DNA of 13,073 bases, from positions 1-13,073 of the forward strand of contig JBGAIQ010000090.1 in NCBI GenBank assembly GCA_044225365.1, read 5' to 3'. The notes beneath the pieces were generated by a model that worked only from the letters and a program-made list of their open reading frames with translations, did not search any database and was not told where the DNA came from. This document shows, piece by piece, positions 8,482-13,073 of this stretch (position 1 is its first letter; the number at the start of each line of letters is the position of its first letter). Position numbers and translations under genes: made by a program. This DNA comes from Planctomycetota bacterium (GTDB lineage: Bacteria; Planctomycetota; B15-G4; JADJEK01).

Positions 8482-8670
8482 TTGCGCGGCGCGCGATTCG
8501 CGCGTGACCCGGCGGGCGCGATTCAAGCGGCGATCGTCGTTTTCTCGATCTACGGCGACGAGGAGGCGCCGCGGCACGAACGGTATCTTGGCGCACTCGC
8601 GAAGATCCTTCGGTCCTGTCGCGGCGGCGCGATCGAATCTGGTTCAGCGTCCTACACAACAGGGTGTCCC

Positions 8671-9831
8671 GTGGGCGAGTCGCGAAAAGCGATATGGGTC
8701 GATACGAGCGAAGGCCTCGCCGAGGTCGCAGCCCGCATTCGCGACGCTTCCGTCATCGCCGTCGACACGGAACAGGACGCCTTCTTCGCCTATCGCCCCA
8801 AGGTCTGCATCCTGCAGATCTCCGCGGACGGTTGCGATTTCGTCGTCGATACTCTCGCGCTCTCGGACCTGACGTCGCTGCGTGAGCCGTTCACCGATCC
8901 ATCGCGGGTGAAGATCCTGCATGCCGCGGACAACGACATCGCACTTCTGAAGCGCGACTACGACCTCCCGGTGAGCGGCTTGTTCGACACGATGTCGGCG
9001 GCCTCGATCCTGGGGTACAAGCGCACGGGCCTCGCCGCGCTGATCGAACAGCACTTCGGCGTCGTGATGGAGAAGAAGTACCAACGGAGCGACTGGCGAA
9101 AGCGACCCCTCGAACCCGCGCAGATCGAGTATGCGGCGCTCGACGTTCGGTACCTCGACGAACTCGCGACGATCTTGCGCGGGGAACTGGAAACGGCGGG
9201 CCGTGAAGAGGAAGCGCGATCCGACTTCGACCGCATCGAGGCGGTTGCCCACGAGATGCGGACCTTCGATCCGGAAGACTACTATCGGATCCAGGGCGCG
9301 CGTTCTCTCGACGGGGTCGGGCGCCGAATCTTGCGTGACCTCTACGTATTGCGGGATCGATTCGCGCGCGAATTGGACCGTGCCCCGTATCGAGTCTGCT
9401 CGGACTCGGTGCTCCTGGCGATCGCACAGGTACGGCCGACCCGGCACGAGGATCTGCGAAGGATCATCGGCATTCCGGATCGCTTGATGCAGAAGAACGG
9501 CGCCATGCTTCTCGATCTCGTCGATCAGGCGTTCGAGGACGGCGACCTGAAGGCTCCGGCTCCGCAGCCTCGAGAGAGTCATCCCTTCGATGACAAGGAG
9601 CGAGTGCTCTTCGATGCCCTGCGGGATTGGCGGCGCAAGCGCGCGGAGGAGCGCGGAGTCGATGCCGGCCGCGTCGTTCCGAACGCGCTGATCGCGAGCG
9701 TGGTGCGGCGCGGCGCTAGGACGCTCGCGGAACTCGCAGACGCCGGATTCGAGAACTGGCGGGTCCGTGAGTACGGGGCCGACGTGCTCGCGGTGATTCA
9801 GCGCAAGACGGGCGGTAACGCCAAGCCTTGA
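8671..9831 (+). CDS. rnd: Ribonuclease D (DEDDy 3'-5' exonuclease with HRDC domains)
   Basis: IAVDTE, ILQIS, KILHAADND, LFDT, GLAALIE, K..QRSDW.KRPL...QIEYAALDV. Two HRDC-like domains (LRD..AR..DRAPYRV and LRDWR...A...GVDAGRVVPN). Start placed at GTG 8671 where homology begins; the frame is open from 8482. Confidence 0.9.
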   Translation: MGESRKAIWVDTSEGLAEVAARIRDASVIAVDTEQDAFFAYRPKVCILQISADGCDFVVDTLALSDLTSLREPFTDPSRVKILHAADNDIALLKRDYDLPVSGLFDTMSAASILGYKRTGLAALIEQHFGVVMEKKYQRSDWRKRPLEPAQIEYAALDVRYLDELATILRGELETAGREEEARSDFDRIEAVAHEMRTFDPEDYYRIQGARSLDGVGRRILRDLYVLRDRFARELDRAPYRVCSDSVLLAIAQVRPTRHEDLRRIIGIPDRLMQKNGAMLLDLVDQAFEDGDLKAPAPQPRESHPFDDKERVLFDALRDWRRKRAEERGVDAGRVVPNALIASVVRRGARTLAELADAGFENWRVREYGADVLAVIQRKTGGNAKP

Positions 9832-10883
9832 ATCGTTGCGCCGACGGCGTCGACGACCGCTGCGACGGGAAGTTCCGACATGCAGATCGGGTCGTCGCAC
9901 CGGCGAAGCGAGCAAGGCGCACACGGTGGCGGAGCGCGAACGACTCGGGCGTGTTCCCACGGTGGTGCGTACATCCCAGGGTCCTTCGGTCCGAACAACC
10001 CGACGCACGGTACATCGAGGGCCGCCGCGAGATGCAGCGGTCCGCAGTCCGCGGCGACGAAGACCTGCGCGCAACGCAGTAGCTCGAGCAATCCGATCAA
10101 TCCGCCGACGGGCGCGACGACTCGGATCGCCCCACGCTCTCTTCCTGCGGACACGACCGCCTGCGCGAGATCTTCTTCGCCCGGGCCATGCGTGATCCGC
10201 ACGTCGACGGCGAATCGCCGCTCGATCTCGAGGACGGCTTCCGCAAACCGACCGGGCGGCCAGCGCTTGAACGCGCCGAAGGCGCTGGTTCCAGGATGGA
10301 GGAGGATCAGTGGTTTCGCGGAGTCCCTCGGCAGCAAACGCTCGCGCACGAGCGCGGCGACGCCGCGATCACGCCGAAACGTCGGTAGTAGGGACCGATC
10401 GAGCTGCGGCATAGCGGGCTCGTAAGGGACTTCGACTCCCGCGGCTTCGAGGAGGGCAAGCGCGCGACTGGCGCGATGCAGGTCCTTGGCCACTCGGACG
10501 CGTTCGCCGTAGAGACGATGCGCGCGTTCCTTCGCCGGGCTCGGACCGATCCGGCGAGCCGAGCGGGCGGCGGCGAGTTGCATCGCGCCCTTCAGATTCC
10601 CCTGGAAATCGATCGCTACGTCATAGCGGCGTCTTCGCAGGTCGACGACGTGCGAGACGAGTTTCAACAGCGCGGGCGGCGTGGGCAATCGAAGGCGTTT
10701 GCGCGGGAACACGAGCACGTTCGAGATTCCGTGCACCTGGGCGAGGAGATCCGCGAAGCGGTCCTCGACGAGCCAGTCGATCTCCACGTCGTCGTACGCC
10801 TGATGCAACGCGCTCACGACCGGCAACGTGTTCACCACGTCGCCGAGCGCGGAGAGGCGAATGAGGAGGAAGCGCTTGGCCAC
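9798..10883 (-). CDS. Glycosyltransferase family 9, LPS heptosyltransferase (WaaC/WaaF-like)
   Basis: LLIRLSALGDVVNTLP, IDWLVE, YDVAIDFQG..K, LHPGTS...KRWP, VAADCGPLHLAAALDVP.VGLFGP, C.PC....C....CM. Overlaps the rnd 3' end by 34 bp. Confidence 0.93.
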   Translation of the reverse strand: MAKRFLLIRLSALGDVVNTLPVVSALHQAYDDVEIDWLVEDRFADLLAQVHGISNVLVFPRKRLRLPTPPALLKLVSHVVDLRRRRYDVAIDFQGNLKGAMQLAAARSARRIGPSPAKERAHRLYGERVRVAKDLHRASRALALLEAAGVEVPYEPAMPQLDRSLLPTFRRDRGVAALVRERLLPRDSAKPLILLHPGTSAFGAFKRWPPGRFAEAVLEIERRFAVDVRITHGPGEEDLAQAVVSAGRERGAIRVVAPVGGLIGLLELLRCAQVFVAADCGPLHLAAALDVPCVGLFGPKDPGMYAPPWEHARVVRAPPPCAPCSLRRCDDPICMSELPVAAVVDAVGATIQGLALPPVLR

Positions 10884-10987
10884 GGAGCCATTCTGACGCC
10901 GATGGAGGCCGAATTGAAACCCCTGTCGAAGTTCCCGCCGGAGAGCCCCATGCGGTTTTCGTCGCGCTCACCTACGATTCCCCGACG

Positions 10988-11836
10988 ATGGAGGAGCCAA
11001 GTCGCGACGACCGCTTCGTGGAACTGCGCGATCCGCGCGGATTCACCCTGGTGCGTCGAGACCTGAACGCAGTGCTCGTCCGCGCGGAGGCCGGCCCTTG
11101 CGATCCATTCTCCCGCAGCCGGCGCGTCGTGGGAACGATCGGGGGCGGTCGCCAACCTCTCGATGTGGTCGAGATCGACGGAGTCGGTGCGCCGCTCGTC
11201 CACAAGCGATTGAGACGCGGCGGCGTCCTCGGAGGCCTCATGCGTGGAATGGCGTCGAAGCGGCGGGCGCGGCGTGAGGTCGACGTCGTCGAGCGGCTCC
11301 TCGCGGCACGCGTCCCCGTCGTCGCGATCCTCGCGATTCGTGCCACCTCGAATCCGCTGTTCCCCGGCGTCGCTTCGATCGAAATGCTCAGCGAACTCGT
11401 TCCCGACGCAATCCATCTCGAGCGATTCCTCGCAGCCGACCCCGCGCGCGATCGGGGGCGACGGCGGAGTGTGCTCCACCGCGCGGGTGAAGTCGTTGCC
11501 GCGATGCATCGCGCCGGTGTCTTCCACGTCGATCTGAATCTGCGAAATCTGATCGTCGCGAAGAGCGGCGACGTGAGCCTGCTCGATTTCGGGAACAGTC
11601 GGATCGGCGAACTGAGCGACGGAATGCGGGCGGCGAATCTCGCGCGACTGTGGCGCAGTTGCGTGAAGCGTGGTCTCGCGCGTCGTACCGAAGCGATGCG
11701 GTTCTTGCGCGGCTACGACAGAGCTTCGACTCGTGCGATGTGGAGCTCCGTCAGCGCTACTTACTCGCGAACCGCGGGCTTCCATCGCATCGCATGGCGA
11801 TTCTCCTCGGGCGGGGACGAAGTCACTGCGTCTTGA
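10988..11836 (+). CDS. Lipopolysaccharide kinase, Kdo/WaaP family (KdkA-like Kdo kinase)
   Basis: GGR, KRLRRGG, RARRE, MHRAGVFHVDLNLRNL, LLDF, NLARLWRS..K. The RRGG, DLN..N and NL.RL.RS motifs are typical of KdkA. Divergent from a heptosyltransferase. Confidence 0.8.
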   Translation: MEEPSRDDRFVELRDPRGFTLVRRDLNAVLVRAEAGPCDPFSRSRRVVGTIGGGRQPLDVVEIDGVGAPLVHKRLRRGGVLGGLMRGMASKRRARREVDVVERLLAARVPVVAILAIRATSNPLFPGVASIEMLSELVPDAIHLERFLAADPARDRGRRRSVLHRAGEVVAAMHRAGVFHVDLNLRNLIVAKSGDVSLLDFGNSRIGELSDGMRAANLARLWRSCVKRGLARRTEAMRFLRGYDRASTRAMWSSVSATYSRTAGFHRIAWRFSSGGDEVTAS

Positions 11837-12989
11837 GTGCGGCGAGCCGCGACACCGCCGCGTCGATCGTCGCGTCCTTCTTCGGGAAGCAGAAGCGGAT
11901 CCACTTCTTGCCGGCGTTGGGATCCGAGAAGAACGACGAACCCGGGACGCCCGCGACTCCGATCTTCTCGACGAGATGGCGGCTGAATGCGACGTCGTCC
12001 GCGAAGCCGAAGCGATCGATGCCGGCCATGATGTAGTAGGCACCTCTGGGAAGGACCGCGTCGAAGCCGGCCGCGACGAGGCCTTCGTAGAGGCGATCCC
12101 GACGCTTCTGATAGGCCGCTCGCAGCGAATCGTAGAACTCGCCCGAAAACGAGAGCGCAACCGCCGCGGCTTCCTGCAGCGGATGCGGCGCGCCGACCGT
12201 CAGGAAGTCATGCACCTTTCGGATCGCGTTGGTGATCGATGGCGGTGCGACGCAGTAGCCGATTCGCCACCCGGTGACGGAGAATGTCTTGCTGTGTCCC
12301 GAGATCGTTACCGTCCGATCGGCCATTCCCGGCAGCGAGGCGAGCGACACGTGTTCGGCACCGGCGTAGAGGATGTACTCGTAGATCTCGTCGGTGATGG
12401 CGAGACAGTCGTACTTCTGACACAGCGCCCCGATCCTCGACAGTTCGTCGCGCGTGAACACCTTTCCGGTCGGATTGTTCGGAGTGTTCACGATGATCGC
12501 CTTCGTCTTGCTCGAGAAGAGACGCTCGAGCGCATCGAAGTCGATCGCGAAGTTCGGGGGGTCGAGTCGATAGAACCGAGGCTTCGCCCCCGACAGGATG
12601 CAGTCCGGTCCGTAGTTCTCGTAGAACGGCTCGAAGACGATGACTTCTTCACCCGGTTCGACGGTCGCGAGGAGGGTCGAGATCATCGCCTCCGTCGCCC
12701 CGCAGCACACGGTGACCATCGTTTCGGGATCGGCCGCGATCTTGTTGTAGGCGCCGACCCGCTTGCAGATCGCTTCGCGGAGCGCCTTCGTTCCCCAAGT
12801 GATCGCGTACTGGTTGAAGTCGGCGTCGATCGCCGCTTTCGCCGCGTCCTTGATCGCACTCGGCGCCGCGAAGTCGGGAAAGCCCTGAGCGAGATTGACC
12901 GCGCCGTTGCGAAGCGCGAGCCTCGTCATCTCACGGATGACGGATTCGGTGAAGACGGCGGCTTTGCTCGACGTGAACGAACGCGGCAT
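11823..12989 (-). CDS. PLP-dependent class I/II aminotransferase (YbdL/kynurenine-glutamine transaminase-like)
   Basis: SVIREMTRLA, VNLAQGFPDF, NQYA, GATEA, FEPFYENY, NTPNNPTGKVF, TDEIYE, SKTFSVTGWRIGY (PLP Lys), IRFCFPKK. ATG 12989 is preceded by GGAGG; the ORF track extends to 13019. Confidence 0.94.
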   Translation of the reverse strand: MPRSFTSSKAAVFTESVIREMTRLALRNGAVNLAQGFPDFAAPSAIKDAAKAAIDADFNQYAITWGTKALREAICKRVGAYNKIAADPETMVTVCCGATEAMISTLLATVEPGEEVIVFEPFYENYGPDCILSGAKPRFYRLDPPNFAIDFDALERLFSSKTKAIIVNTPNNPTGKVFTRDELSRIGALCQKYDCLAITDEIYEYILYAGAEHVSLASLPGMADRTVTISGHSKTFSVTGWRIGYCVAPPSITNAIRKVHDFLTVGAPHPLQEAAAVALSFSGEFYDSLRAAYQKRRDRLYEGLVAAGFDAVLPRGAYYIMAGIDRFGFADDVAFSRHLVEKIGVAGVPGSSFFSDPNAGKKWIRFCFPKKDATIDAAVSRLAALKTQ

Positions 12990-13073
12990 CGAAACCCTCC
13001 GCGGGAACCAGGCTGCCATGGAACGACGGAGCAGATTAGCGTCGCGATCGCGGGCCGAGAGCCGGAATGCCGA

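Noticed and set aside
8479-8520. Selenocysteine recoding of the nuoI TGA
   Set aside because: The TGA is not at a conserved Cys position, the downstream hairpin is a simple GC palindrome, and a NuoI-RNase D fusion has no functional rationale.
9798-11836. Convergent 3' overlaps (rnd/GT9 34 bp; kinase/aminotransferase 14 bp)
   Set aside because: Short tail-to-tail overlaps are common in compact GC-rich genomes, and nothing here suggests a special function.

Overview
A GC-rich, gene-dense window from a Gram-negative bacterium. LPS core genes, the ClpS variant and the NuoD/NuoI style suggest a PVC-superphylum lineage such as Planctomycetota, but this is inference. Gene order: a 5'-truncated biotin carboxylase and a separate BT/biotin-carrier gene (+), converging on a minus-strand run of sigma-70-family factor, clpS, MaoC hydratase and CitE-family CoA-ester lyase; a ~335-bp divergent regulatory region rich in palindromes; a compact nuoB-C-D-I cluster (complex I Q-module only, with no nuoA, EFG, H or J-N); RNase D; a GT9 heptosyltransferase divergent from a KdkA-like Kdo kinase; and a class I/II aminotransferase. 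I saw no mobile element, CRISPR array, tRNA or rRNA. Best leads: the stand-alone Q-module operon, a codon-usage anomaly inside nuoB, a probable mycobacterial-type (R)-HMG-CoA/itaconate module with a split carboxylase alpha subunit, and a ClpS with a remodelled N-degron pocket.
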